55,216 nucleotides of DNA from Bacteroidota bacterium. Its GTDB lineage: Bacteria > Bacteroidota > Ignavibacteria > UBA10030. Each line of letters begins with the position of its first letter. The first letter of the stretch is position 1. The notes under the pieces were generated by a model. It worked only from the letters and a program-made list of their open reading frames with translations. It was not told where the DNA came from and searched no databases. The position numbers and the translations under genes were made by a program. Shown piece by piece: positions 15,543 through 24,369 of the stretch. The stretch spans positions 1-55,216 of the forward strand of contig DATJYV010000184.1 in the NCBI GenBank assembly GCA_035499415.1, in the 5' to 3' direction.

Positions 15543-16355
15543 ATGGCAGCCAAGGTCATCGTCATAGCGAATCAAAAAGGGGGCGTCGGGAAGACGACGA
15601 CGGCCATTAATCTTGCCGCATCGCTCGCCGTCGCGGAGAAGAGGGTCCTGCTCGTCGATTCCGACCCGCAGGCGAACGCGACGAGCGGCGTGGGCGTCAC
15701 GGCGGTCGACGGCAAATCGATCTACGAGGTCATCGTCGGTAATATCGCGGCGCGGGAAGCGATCGTCGACGCGCAAATGACCGGACTTTCCGTCCTTCCG
15801 TCCACCATCAACCTCGTCGGGGCCGAAATCGAGCTCGTGGATTTTGAAAACCGCGAGCGCCTCCTCGCCCGGGCCCTCGAACCGGTCAAGGATCGCTACG
15901 ATTTTCTTGTGATCGATTGTCCTCCGTCCCTCGGCTTGCTGACCCTCAACGCCCTCACGGCCGCCGACTCAGTCCTCATCCCGGTCCAGTGCGAGTATTT
16001 TGCGCTTGAGGGGCTCGGACAGCTTTTCAGCACCATCAACATGGTGAAGAAGACGCTCAATCCGAACCTGGATATCGAAGGGGTATTGCTGACGATGTTC
16101 GATTCGCGTCTTCGGCTCTCCAACCAGATTCTGGAAGAAGTCAGGAAATATTTCGGCGACAAGGTGTTCAAGACGATCGTCTCGCGCAACATCCGGCTGA
16201 GCGAAGCGCCGAGCTTCGGAAAACCGATCGTGCTCTACGACGCCGTTTGCTCCGGGACGCGAAACTACATGGAGCTTGCGAAGGAAGTTATGGAAAATCA
16301 CAAGTTGTTCACCGCCGTTTCATTCACGCACTCCCAAACGGAGCCGGAACTTTGA
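15543..16355 (+). CDS. parA: Chromosome partitioning ATPase ParA/Soj
   Basis: Trimmed to ATG 15543. [20 protein letters not shown] is the deviant Walker A. DCPPSLG is also present. Confidence 0.93.
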   Translation: MAAKVIVIANQKGGVGKTTTAINLAASLAVAEKRVLLVDSDPQANATSGVGVTAVDGKSIYEVIVGNIAAREAIVDAQMTGLSVLPSTINLVGAEIELVDFENRERLLARALEPVKDRYDFLVIDCPPSLGLLTLNALTAADSVLIPVQCEYFALEGLGQLFSTINMVKKTLNPNLDIEGVLLTMFDSRLRLSNQILEEVRKYFGDKVFKTIVSRNIRLSEAPSFGKPIVLYDAVCSGTRNYMELAKEVMENHKLFTAVSFTHSQTEPEL

Positions 16356-16357
16356 CC

Positions 16358-17269
16358 ATGGACAATCCCAAGAAATCCGTCCTGGGGCGCGGTCTGAGCG
16401 CCCTCATTCCCAGAGGTCCGCGGATGGAAGTCAGCGTCACCGAATCCGCCGGACGCGACACGGGAGAGATGGGGATCATTGCGAGCATCGAAGTCGAGAA
16501 GATCCAGTCGAACCCGTTCCAGCCCCGAAGCGACTTCGACGAGGAATCACTCGAAGAGCTGACGCGGTCCATTCTCGAGAAGGGGATCGTCCAGCCGATC
16601 ACGGTGCGGCGACTCGGAGACGTGTATCAGCTGATCTCCGGCGAGCGTCGATTGCGCGCCGTCCAGCGGGCGAAACTCCGCCAGATACCGGCATACATCA
16701 TCGAAGTCCGGAGCGACGAGGAGATGTTGGAACTCGCGCTCATCGAGAATATCCAGCGCGAGCACCTGAACCCGATCGAGATCGCCCAGGCCTACCAGCG
16801 ACTCATGACCGAGTGCCGGCTGACGCAGGAGGATGTCGCGCAGAAGGTGGGGAAGGACCGGACGACGGTCACGAATTTTCTGCGGCTTCTCAAGCTGCCG
16901 GAAAAGATCCAGGAGGGGGTGAGGAAGGGGAAAGTTTCGATGGGACACGCCCGGTCGCTCATCACGATCCAGAATGAAAAACTGCAACTGCGGCTGTACG
17001 ACAGGATCGTCGACGAAGGACTCTCGGTCCGACGCATTGAGGACCTCTCCCGCGGAAGCGGAAAACCGGCATCAAAGTCCGGGAAGCGGGCGGCGTCAAA
17101 ATCGTCGAACATTCAGAACGTCGAGGAGAAACTGCGTCACGCGCTCGGCACAAAAGTCACCGTGCGCACGAAGGGGGGCGGGAAAGGGGAAATCGTACTG
17201 GAGTATTACTCGCTCGACGATCTCGACCGGCTGCTCGACGTCATTTATGCCGGCGCAAAGAAACGCTGA
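16358..17269 (+). CDS. parB: Chromosome partitioning protein ParB/Spo0J
   Basis: Trimmed to ATG 16358. LGRGLSALIP, GERRLRA, IENIQREHLNPIE and an HTH motif. Confidence 0.93.
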   Translation: MDNPKKSVLGRGLSALIPRGPRMEVSVTESAGRDTGEMGIIASIEVEKIQSNPFQPRSDFDEESLEELTRSILEKGIVQPITVRRLGDVYQLISGERRLRAVQRAKLRQIPAYIIEVRSDEEMLELALIENIQREHLNPIEIAQAYQRLMTECRLTQEDVAQKVGKDRTTVTNFLRLLKLPEKIQEGVRKGKVSMGHARSLITIQNEKLQLRLYDRIVDEGLSVRRIEDLSRGSGKPASKSGKRAASKSSNIQNVEEKLRHALGTKVTVRTKGGGKGEIVLEYYSLDDLDRLLDVIYAGAKKR

Positions 17270-17273
17270 GCGC

Positions 17274-17289
17274 GTTCACGCCGGTGAAC
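17274..17289. promoter_or_regulatory. parS-like inverted repeat directly after parB
   Basis: GTTCAC-gccg-GTGAAC. The half-sites resemble canonical parS halves (GTTTCAC/GTGAAAC) but are one base short and split by 4 bp. Confidence 0.2.
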
Positions 17290-17323
17290 ATCCTCCGTCC
17301 GCTCACATGAAGGAACGCGACCT

Positions 17324-17713
17324 ATGCCTCTCAAGAAAATTCTAACAGACAAAGCACCGTCACCCATCGGCCCCTACAGCCAGGCAATGCTCGTCGACGG
17401 GAAGTATCTCTACACCGCGGGACAGGTTGCGATCGACCCTGCGACGGGAAAGTTCGTCGAAGGTGGCATCAAAGAGCAGACCCGGCAGGCGATCAAAAAC
17501 GTGGAAGAGATTTTGAAGGCCGGAGGAGTGGCGCTCTCCGCGGTCTTCAAGACGACGGTGTTCCTGAAAGACATGAATGAATTCGCCGCGATGAACGAAG
17601 TGTACGGCGAATTTTTTTCGGCTTCCGCTCCGGCGCGGAGCACCGTGGAGGTCGCGAGGCTCCCGCGGGACGCCCGTGTGGAAATCGAAGCCGTTGCGGT
17701 TGTAGATCGCTGA
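17324..17713 (+). CDS. ridA: RidA/YjgF-family reactive intermediate deaminase
   Basis: 129 aa. APSPIGPYSQA..., PARSTVEVARLPRDARVEIEAVA. Confidence 0.9.
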   Translation: MPLKKILTDKAPSPIGPYSQAMLVDGKYLYTAGQVAIDPATGKFVEGGIKEQTRQAIKNVEEILKAGGVALSAVFKTTVFLKDMNEFAAMNEVYGEFFSASAPARSTVEVARLPRDARVEIEAVAVVDR

Positions 17714-17732
17714 CAACCGCGGGACCAACCGG

Positions 17733-18356
17733 ATGAACCCGAGCCCCGGCGCGACGGCTCGCCTTGTTGCCGCCTTGTTCCTCTGCGCATCATCCCTCTC
17801 GCTTGCATCTGCCCAGCTGCGAATTTCCCGGTCGCTCATCGTAAGGACGGAAGCTCTTTCGTTTGTTGACTTCTCCCCATCGTCCCCCGATACTCTGGAA
17901 TTGAGAGGGGGAACCATTAAACCCGCGAAAGAGGAAAATGCGAAATCCCCCGGACTGGCCGCTCTCCTTTCAGCCGTCCTTCCGGGAGCCGGGCAGGTGT
18001 ACGCGGAGCGTTACTGGACGATTCCGATCTTCTGGGGGTTCGGCTACTATTTTGCGGGCGTGTACCGGGACGAAAATCGCAGCTACCACGACTACCAGCA
18101 TGCATTCTCGGAATCGCTTGCGGCCGATACGCTGAATCACCAGGGCGATCCGGCTCTGCTTGGAGTGCGGGATTTCTATCGCGACGAGCGTGACCGATTT
18201 GCCATCTACTTTGTCCTCACCTACCTCGTCAATATCATCGACGCCTATGTCGGAGCGAGCTTGTACAGCTTCGATGTGTCGGGCGATCTCGGCGGTTCCT
18301 CGAAGCTGACTCTGCGCATCCCGATGGAATCGGTCACCCGTCCGGTGCGCCGGTAG
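17733..18356 (+). CDS. DUF5683-like secreted/membrane protein
   Basis: Signal peptide. LLSAVLPGAGQVYAERYWTIPIFWGFGYYF resembles the DUF5683 core common in the FCB group. Confidence 0.65.
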   Translation: MNPSPGATARLVAALFLCASSLSLASAQLRISRSLIVRTEALSFVDFSPSSPDTLELRGGTIKPAKEENAKSPGLAALLSAVLPGAGQVYAERYWTIPIFWGFGYYFAGVYRDENRSYHDYQHAFSESLAADTLNHQGDPALLGVRDFYRDERDRFAIYFVLTYLVNIIDAYVGASLYSFDVSGDLGGSSKLTLRIPMESVTRPVRR

Positions 18357-19281
18357 AAATTTTTTCCGCAGGAAACAAGTCCGCCAAAGCGGTTTCCAGC
18401 CGCTCGTACTTGAAAGCATAGCCGAGCTCGAGCAACTTCTTCGGCACGACCCTCTGACTCGTCAGCAACAAGCCGTCTGCCATCTCTCCCAGGATCGTAC
18501 GAAGGATGAACGCGGGGACGGGAGCCCATGATGGGCGATGGAGCGTACGGCCGAGCGTCCGACAAAACTCCGACAGGCGAACGGCGTGCGGCGAGGCGAC
18601 GTTGATCGGTCCGCGGACGGCGGGAGTCTCAAGCGCGAAGATGATTGCGCCAAGCTCGTCGGCGAGATGCACCCACGGGAACCACTGATTTCCGATTCCG
18701 AGAGGCCCGCCGGCGAAGAGCCGGAACGGGATGAGCAATTTCTCGAGCGCTCCGTGGTCCTTATCGAGCACAATCCCCGTGCGAATGAGCGCGACGCGCA
18801 CCCCATCCGCCTCTGCGATTTGCGCCGCACGCTCCCAGCGTTCGCACACCCGCGCCAGGAAATCGTCTCCCGCAAGACTCTCCTCCGTCAACCGCGCGTC
18901 CCCCTGGTTTCCATAGATTCCCACCGCCGACGCGTTGATCAAGGTGCCGGGCCTCCGGCGGGTCTGACGCATTCCGGAAACAATCGCTTCGGTGGCATTC
19001 AGTCGGCTCGACATGATCAATTCCTTCTGTCGAACCGTCCAACGTCGGGAAGCAATCGACTCTCCCGTCAGATTGACGACTGCGTCGGCGCCTTCAAGAC
19101 GAAACTTCCAATCGCCAACCGATGAAGCGTCCCATCGTTCAAATTCCACGGTCGGAGGGAACGCGGGCCGAATGCGTTCGGGACTTCGGCTCAGGAGAAC
19201 GACATGGTGGTTCGCGCGAATAAGACGGTGGGTCAGAGCGGTCCCGAGGAATCCGCTGCCGCCGGCGAGGACGATCTTCAT
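18334..19281 (-). CDS. TIGR01777/YfcH-type NAD-dependent epimerase family protein (SDR with DUF1731 C-terminus)
   Basis: Trimmed to ATG 19281. MKIVLAGGSGFLGTAL is the Rossmann motif. WFPWVHLADELGAIIFALE is also present. Confidence 0.85.
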   Translation of the reverse strand: MKIVLAGGSGFLGTALTHRLIRANHHVVLLSRSPERIRPAFPPTVEFERWDASSVGDWKFRLEGADAVVNLTGESIASRRWTVRQKELIMSSRLNATEAIVSGMRQTRRRPGTLINASAVGIYGNQGDARLTEESLAGDDFLARVCERWERAAQIAEADGVRVALIRTGIVLDKDHGALEKLLIPFRLFAGGPLGIGNQWFPWVHLADELGAIIFALETPAVRGPINVASPHAVRLSEFCRTLGRTLHRPSWAPVPAFILRTILGEMADGLLLTSQRVVPKKLLELGYAFKYERLETALADLFPAEKISTGAPDG

Positions 19282-19381
19282 TTGCAACTCTGGAATCTCT
19301 TCATGACAGATGAAAAGTTGCACGAAATTGCGAATGAATCAACCCTCCATCTCATAGTCAATCCGCTCCTGACCACTCTCC

Positions 19382-19410
19382 TTGCTCTTCCATGCAAATC
19401 CAGCTATATT
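19382..19410 (+). promoter_or_regulatory. Sigma70-type promoter candidate for lepA
   Basis: TTGCTC-N17-TATATT. Confidence 0.35.
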
Positions 19411-19423
19411 TGAATGAACAGAG

Positions 19424-19480
19424 GAGTAAAGAGTGGGCTTTCCTGCTTCATCCATTCTTTACTCTTTGTCGTTTCATTTC
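19424..19480 (+). promoter_or_regulatory. Leader hairpin plus U-rich tract upstream of lepA (attenuator-like)
   Basis: GAGTAAAGAGTGG (19424-19436) pairs with CCATTCTTTACTC (19452-19464) over 13 bp, including one G-U pair, with a 15-nt loop. TTTGTCGTTTCATTTC follows. Confidence 0.35.
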
Positions 19481-19494
19481 AGAAATATCTTTGA

Positions 19495-21294
19495 ATGAAG
19501 AACCTCCGCAATTTCTGCATCATTGCACACATCGACCACGGGAAGTCGACCCTCGCCGACCGTCTTCTGGAGCGGACCGGGGCGGTCGCTGCCCGGGACC
19601 TGACGAAGCAGATGCTCGACGACATGGATTTGGAGCAGGAGCGCGGAATTACGATCAAACTCCACGCGATTCAACTTCGATACAAGGACAAGGCCGGGCA
19701 GGAGTACACGCTCAATCTTATCGATACGCCGGGGCACGTCGATTTCACGTATGAAGTCTCGCGGTCGCTTGCGGCGTGCGAGGGAGCGGTTCTCGTCGTC
19801 GATGCGACGCAGGGAGTGGAAGCGCAAACCATCTCCAACCTGTATCTCGCGATCGACGCAGGGCTTGAGATCATCCCTTTCATCAACAAGATCGACCTCC
19901 CGAGCGCCAAAACGATGATCGAAACGGTGAAGAAGCAGGTGACGGACCTTATCGGATGCAGGGAGGATGAAATTATTCTCGGGAGCGCAAAGTCGGGAGT
20001 GGGCACGGACGACGTGCTCGAAGCGATCGTCCATCGGATCCCCGCCCCCGCAGGAAATCCGGACGGTCCTCTGCGCGCCCTGATCTTCGATTCGGTCTTC
20101 GACGAGTATCGGGGAGCGGTCGCGTATGTCCGCGTGTTCGACGGGACACTCGTGGAACGGGACAGGATCCGATTTTTCTCCAACGGGAAGGAATTCCAGG
20201 CGGACGAAGTCGGGATCCTCGAAATGAACCGCAAGCGGAGCGGGTCGATTTCGGCAGGGGATGTCGGGTATGTGATCGCCAGCGTCAGGGATGTTCATGA
20301 TACAAAAGTGGGGGATACGATCACGACGGTGGCCAATCCCGCGGCAGCCGCGCTGCCCGGCTACAAAGAGGCCAAGCCGATGGTGTTCAGCGGGTTGTAT
20401 CCGTCGAACAGCGACGACTTTGCCGAACTGCGGGAGGCGCTCGAAAAACTGCGGCTCAACGATTCGTCGCTCGCATTCGAGCCGGAGACATCGCTCGCCC
20501 TCGGCTTCGGATTCCGTGCGGGGTTTCTCGGCCTGCTGCACATGGAGATTGTTCGAGAGAGGTTGGAGCGTGAGTACAACCAATCGCTCATCAACACCGT
20601 CCCGAACGTCGAATACCGGGTGACGAAGACCAACAGGGACGTTGTCCTCGTGGACAACCCCGCGCTGATGCCCGAGGCGGGGAGCATCGAGTTTGTCGAA
20701 GAGCCGTTCGTCAAGGCGCAGGTGATCGCACCGACGGAATACATCGGCGGCATCATGAAACTCTGCATGGACCGGCGGGGCGTGCATCGGAATACCAACT
20801 ACCTGAGTCCCGAGCGGGTGGACATCCAGTACGAACTCCCGCTCGCGGAGATCATTTTCGATTTCTACGACAAGCTCAAGTCGCTGTCGAGGGGCTATGC
20901 GTCGCTCGATTACGACTTCCTCGAGTACCGCCAATCGCAGCTCGTCAAGCTCGACATCCTGCTCAACAGCGAGCCGGTCGATGCCCTGTCGACGATCGTC
21001 CACCGCGCGAAAGCGTACGATTGGGGAAGAAAACTCTGCGCGAAACTTCGCGAGCTCATCCCGCGTCAAATGTTCGAGGTCGCGATCCAGGCGGCGATCG
21101 GCAGCAAGGTGATAGCGCGCGAAACGCTGAGCGCGATGCGGAAGAATGTGCTGGCCAAGTGCTACGGAGGCGATATCACGCGGAAGCGCAAACTTCTTGA
21201 AAAGCAGAAGGAAGGGAAAAAAAGAATGAAACAGGTGGGACGAGTGGAGATCCCGCAGGAGGCATTCCTTGCCGTACTTTCGATGGAGGATTGA
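19495..21294 (+). CDS. lepA: Elongation factor 4
   Basis: 599 aa. [38 protein letters not shown] and the LepA C-terminal domain. Confidence 0.97.
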   Translation: MKNLRNFCIIAHIDHGKSTLADRLLERTGAVAARDLTKQMLDDMDLEQERGITIKLHAIQLRYKDKAGQEYTLNLIDTPGHVDFTYEVSRSLAACEGAVLVVDATQGVEAQTISNLYLAIDAGLEIIPFINKIDLPSAKTMIETVKKQVTDLIGCREDEIILGSAKSGVGTDDVLEAIVHRIPAPAGNPDGPLRALIFDSVFDEYRGAVAYVRVFDGTLVERDRIRFFSNGKEFQADEVGILEMNRKRSGSISAGDVGYVIASVRDVHDTKVGDTITTVANPAAAALPGYKEAKPMVFSGLYPSNSDDFAELREALEKLRLNDSSLAFEPETSLALGFGFRAGFLGLLHMEIVRERLEREYNQSLINTVPNVEYRVTKTNRDVVLVDNPALMPEAGSIEFVEEPFVKAQVIAPTEYIGGIMKLCMDRRGVHRNTNYLSPERVDIQYELPLAEIIFDFYDKLKSLSRGYASLDYDFLEYRQSQLVKLDILLNSEPVDALSTIVHRAKAYDWGRKLCAKLRELIPRQMFEVAIQAAIGSKVIARETLSAMRKNVLAKCYGGDITRKRKLLEKQKEGKKRMKQVGRVEIPQEAFLAVLSMED

Positions 21295-21314
21295 CCGATG
21301 AACAGGGAGGTTGC

Positions 21315-22214
21315 ATGACCAAACAGGCGAACGCCGCTCAACCGGCTACGATACAGACGATCAGGGCGAAAATCCTCTCCTTCCTGAAGGAGGTCGGGAT
21401 TGTCCTGGGAATGTTCCTCGTCATTAATAACTTTCTTCTCGCGTCGTTCCTCGTTCCGACCGGGTCGATGGAAAACGAAGTTCTCACCGGAGAGCTCCTG
21501 TTTGTCAACAAGTTCATATTCGGAGGCACGTCGCCGCGGAATATCCCGTTCACGAATGTCCGCCTTCCGTACTTCCGGATTCCCGCTCTCCGTGATGTGC
21601 ACCGCGGCGATGTCATCGTCTTTGTCTTTCCGGGAATGAGAGAAGAAGTGAACCCCGCGGAGTTCCAATTCTATTTGAAGCGATGCGTGGGCGTCTCGGG
21701 CGATACGATTCAGGTCAAGGACCGGGCACTCTACGTCAACGGCGAGATTGCGCCCCTCCCGCGGAACGTAAAATTCGACCATCAATGGGGGTACCCGCCT
21801 TCGCAACCCGACGACCGGATCTTCCCCGCGGGCGAGCCGTGGAATGAGGACAATTACGGCCCTCTGGTCGTTCCCTGGAAGGGAATGAAGATTCCTTTAA
21901 GCTGGAAGAATTATGAGGGATGGGAAGTATTCATTCGTCGCGAAGGCCACACGACCTCACTTTCCGGTGAGACCGTTCTTGTCGACGGCAAACCGACGCC
22001 GGAGTACACCGTCGGGCGAGACTATCTGTTCGGGATGGGAGACCACCGGGACAACAGTCTCGACAGCAGATTCTGGGGATTCATCCCGAAGGAAAACCTC
22101 GTCGGGACGCCGATGATCGTCTATTGGTCCTGGAACACCGAAATTCCGCTCTATAATGTCTTCAGCCGCCTTGGTTCGATCCGCTGGGGACGCCTCGGGT
22201 CGCTCGTTCGATGA
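21315..22214 (+). CDS. lepB: Signal peptidase I (S26), paralog 1
   Basis: Start moved to ATG 21315, which has AGGGAGG upstream. PTGSMENEV (Ser), KRCVGVSGD (Lys), GDHRDNSLDSRFWGF. Confidence 0.88.
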   Translation: MTKQANAAQPATIQTIRAKILSFLKEVGIVLGMFLVINNFLLASFLVPTGSMENEVLTGELLFVNKFIFGGTSPRNIPFTNVRLPYFRIPALRDVHRGDVIVFVFPGMREEVNPAEFQFYLKRCVGVSGDTIQVKDRALYVNGEIAPLPRNVKFDHQWGYPPSQPDDRIFPAGEPWNEDNYGPLVVPWKGMKIPLSWKNYEGWEVFIRREGHTTSLSGETVLVDGKPTPEYTVGRDYLFGMGDHRDNSLDSRFWGFIPKENLVGTPMIVYWSWNTEIPLYNVFSRLGSIRWGRLGSLVR

Positions 22215-23134
22215 ACGAAAGCCGTCCTCAAGAGCCGGCCGGTCAACGCACGGGCGGAGAACCGACGCCGGGATGGAAAACAATCGTCCCGCTCGTGACG
22301 GAATACGGCCGCACGGTCCTCATCACCCTCCTGATCGCGATCGCCCTGAAGATCTTTGTCGTCGAAGCATACCGAATACCATCCGGTTCGATGGAGAATA
22401 CGTTGCGCGTCGGGGACTTCCTGCTTGTCAATAAACTTGCGTACGGATTGCGGAGTCCGAGATATTTTCCGCTGACCGACGCTTCGATTCCCTCCTTCAT
22501 CATCCCGACGTTCCGCTCCGTCCATCGCGGCGACATCGTCGTCTTCGATTTTCCGGGAAACCGCGATGAGGTCCGTCCCGCGGAGCCGTCCGATTACGTC
22601 AAGCGATGCGTTGGATTGCCCGGGGATACCGTGCGCATCGTGAACGGCGTGCTGACGGTGAACTCCAGCCCGATCCCGTTCCCCGCCGAGTCCATCCGGC
22701 CGAGCCATCGGGATGGACCGTGGCACAAGAGCTACCAGATCTTTCCGGAAGGGTCGGGATACTCGGACGTCAATTACGGCCCCGTCATCGTTCCGCGCAA
22801 GGGGGAGCACGTGCAGCTCGACGCGTCAAACCTTCCGACCTGGGGAATGCTGGTCAGGCGGGAAGGGCACGACGTGACGCTGGCGCCCGGCGGCGTGATG
22901 ATCGACGCCAAGCCGCAACGGGAATATGTCGTCCAACGGGACTACTTCTTCATGCTGGGAGATAACAGAGACAACAGTCTCGACAGCCGGTACTGGGGTT
23001 TCGTGTCCGACGACCGGATCATCGGTGAAGCGCTGTTCGTCTATTGGTCGTGGGACCCGGACGTACCGGTCACGTCGGTTTCGGACAAGATCCACACCAT
23101 ACGCTGGAATCGCGTCGGAACGATCCTTCGTTAA
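22211..23134 (+). CDS. lepB: Signal peptidase I (S26), paralog 2
   Basis: ATGA overlap with paralog 1. PSGSMENTL, KRCVGLPGD, GDNRDNSLDSRYWGF. Confidence 0.88.
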   Translation: MNESRPQEPAGQRTGGEPTPGWKTIVPLVTEYGRTVLITLLIAIALKIFVVEAYRIPSGSMENTLRVGDFLLVNKLAYGLRSPRYFPLTDASIPSFIIPTFRSVHRGDIVVFDFPGNRDEVRPAEPSDYVKRCVGLPGDTVRIVNGVLTVNSSPIPFPAESIRPSHRDGPWHKSYQIFPEGSGYSDVNYGPVIVPRKGEHVQLDASNLPTWGMLVRREGHDVTLAPGGVMIDAKPQREYVVQRDYFFMLGDNRDNSLDSRYWGFVSDDRIIGEALFVYWSWDPDVPVTSVSDKIHTIRWNRVGTILR

Positions 23135-23147
23135 CGGAGACACCGCA

Positions 23148-24296
23148 ATGCCCGGCCTGTATTTCCACATTCCTTTCTGCGAGCAAAAATGCATCTATTG
23201 CGATTTTTATTCGCTCGCACCTTCGGGAGGAAAAGCATCGCAGGACGACCTGATCGGCGGTTTCGTGACGGCTCTCGAGAGCGAGGTGCGGATCGTTGGT
23301 GCGGGGAAACAATATGACGGGTTGTTTGACACGATTTTTTTCGGAGGCGGAACGCCGTCGCTTCTGTCCAAGGACGCGGTTGCGTCGATTATCAACTGGA
23401 CGCGTTCGTTCTTTCGCGTCGACCCTGCCGCGGAGATTACGCTTGAGACCAATCCGGGAACCGTCGACCCGGCAAAGCTCGAAGCATTCCGGGAGTCGGG
23501 GATAAACCGGCTCAGTATTGGAATCCAGTCCTTCCACGAGGACGAGCTCCGTTTTCTGACGCGCATCCATGACGGTCGTCAGGCCCGGGAGTGCGTGAAG
23601 AATGCCCGTAGTGCGGGCTTCGACAATATCAGCATCGACCTTATCTTTTCGCTGCCGGGCCAGGCGCAAGAACGCTGGGCGTCGAACCTGGAACAGGCGC
23701 TCGAGCTCGCTCCGAATCACATCTCCTGCTACAGTCTTATCGTTGAGCCCAACACGCCGCTGAAGCGCTTGGTGGAGTCGAAGCAGGTCGTCCCGCTGAA
23801 TGGAGAGGACGATGCGCGGATGTACGAGATGACGATCGACTTCCTGACGCGCCACGGTTATGAGCAGTATGAGGTTTCCAATTTTGCGCTCCCGGGATTT
23901 CGGTCGCGTCACAACGCCAATTACTGGAATCACGGTGAGTACCTGGGGTTCGGTCCATCGGCGCACTCGTTCTGGGATGCCCGGCGCTGGTGGAACATTG
24001 CCAACCTCTCGGAATATCATCACCGGATTGCACGCGGAGCGCTTCCGATTGCGGGCGAAGAGAGGTTGACCTCATCTCAAATGGTCGAAGAGATGGTCTT
24101 TCTGGGGCTCCGCGGCGAAGGGGTGAAACTTCAGTCGGTTCTCGGTGCGATTCCCCGCGAGAAACGGAGCGAGTGCCGCGCCGCATTCGAACGCCTCATC
24201 GGGGAAGGATTCGCGCGCGCGGAGGGAGAAGTGGTGCGCCTCACGTCGAAAGGTTATCCCTTGTGCGACGAGATCTGTACTTCGCTCGCTCTCTGA
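23148..24296 (+). CDS. hemW: Radical SAM HemW/HemN-like heme chaperone (coproporphyrinogen III oxidase-like)
   Basis: Trimmed to ATG 23148. MPGLYFHIPFCEQKCIYCDF carries the CxxxCxxC motif. FFGGGTPS and an HemN C-terminal domain are present. Confidence 0.88.
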   Translation: MPGLYFHIPFCEQKCIYCDFYSLAPSGGKASQDDLIGGFVTALESEVRIVGAGKQYDGLFDTIFFGGGTPSLLSKDAVASIINWTRSFFRVDPAAEITLETNPGTVDPAKLEAFRESGINRLSIGIQSFHEDELRFLTRIHDGRQARECVKNARSAGFDNISIDLIFSLPGQAQERWASNLEQALELAPNHISCYSLIVEPNTPLKRLVESKQVVPLNGEDDARMYEMTIDFLTRHGYEQYEVSNFALPGFRSRHNANYWNHGEYLGFGPSAHSFWDARRWWNIANLSEYHHRIARGALPIAGEERLTSSQMVEEMVFLGLRGEGVKLQSVLGAIPREKRSECRAAFERLIGEGFARAEGEVVRLTSKGYPLCDEICTSLAL

Positions 24297-24302
24297 TGTT
24301 CC

Positions 24303-24331
24303 TTGCAGTTCAAACCAATTCATCATACATT
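24303..24331 (+). promoter_or_regulatory. Sigma70-type promoter candidate for the DUF2723 gene
   Basis: TTGCAG-N17-TACATT, about 40 nt upstream of ATG 24370. Confidence 0.4.
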
Positions 24332-24369
24332 TGTCAGATTTTTTCGAACCGAGAATAGAAGAGGATAGA

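Noticed and set aside
15543-17323. Search for a canonical parS (TGTTNCACGTGAAACA) in and around parAB and at every CACGTG or GTGAAAC occurrence in the window.
   Set aside because: There is no full match. The nearest are half-sites (for example TTTCACGTGcc near 4450) inside coding sequence. Only the split palindrome after parB is reported.
19474-21069. 531-aa minus-strand ORF opposite lepA.
   Set aside because: lepA on the plus strand is unambiguous (GTPase motifs G1-G4). The antisense frame has no motifs.
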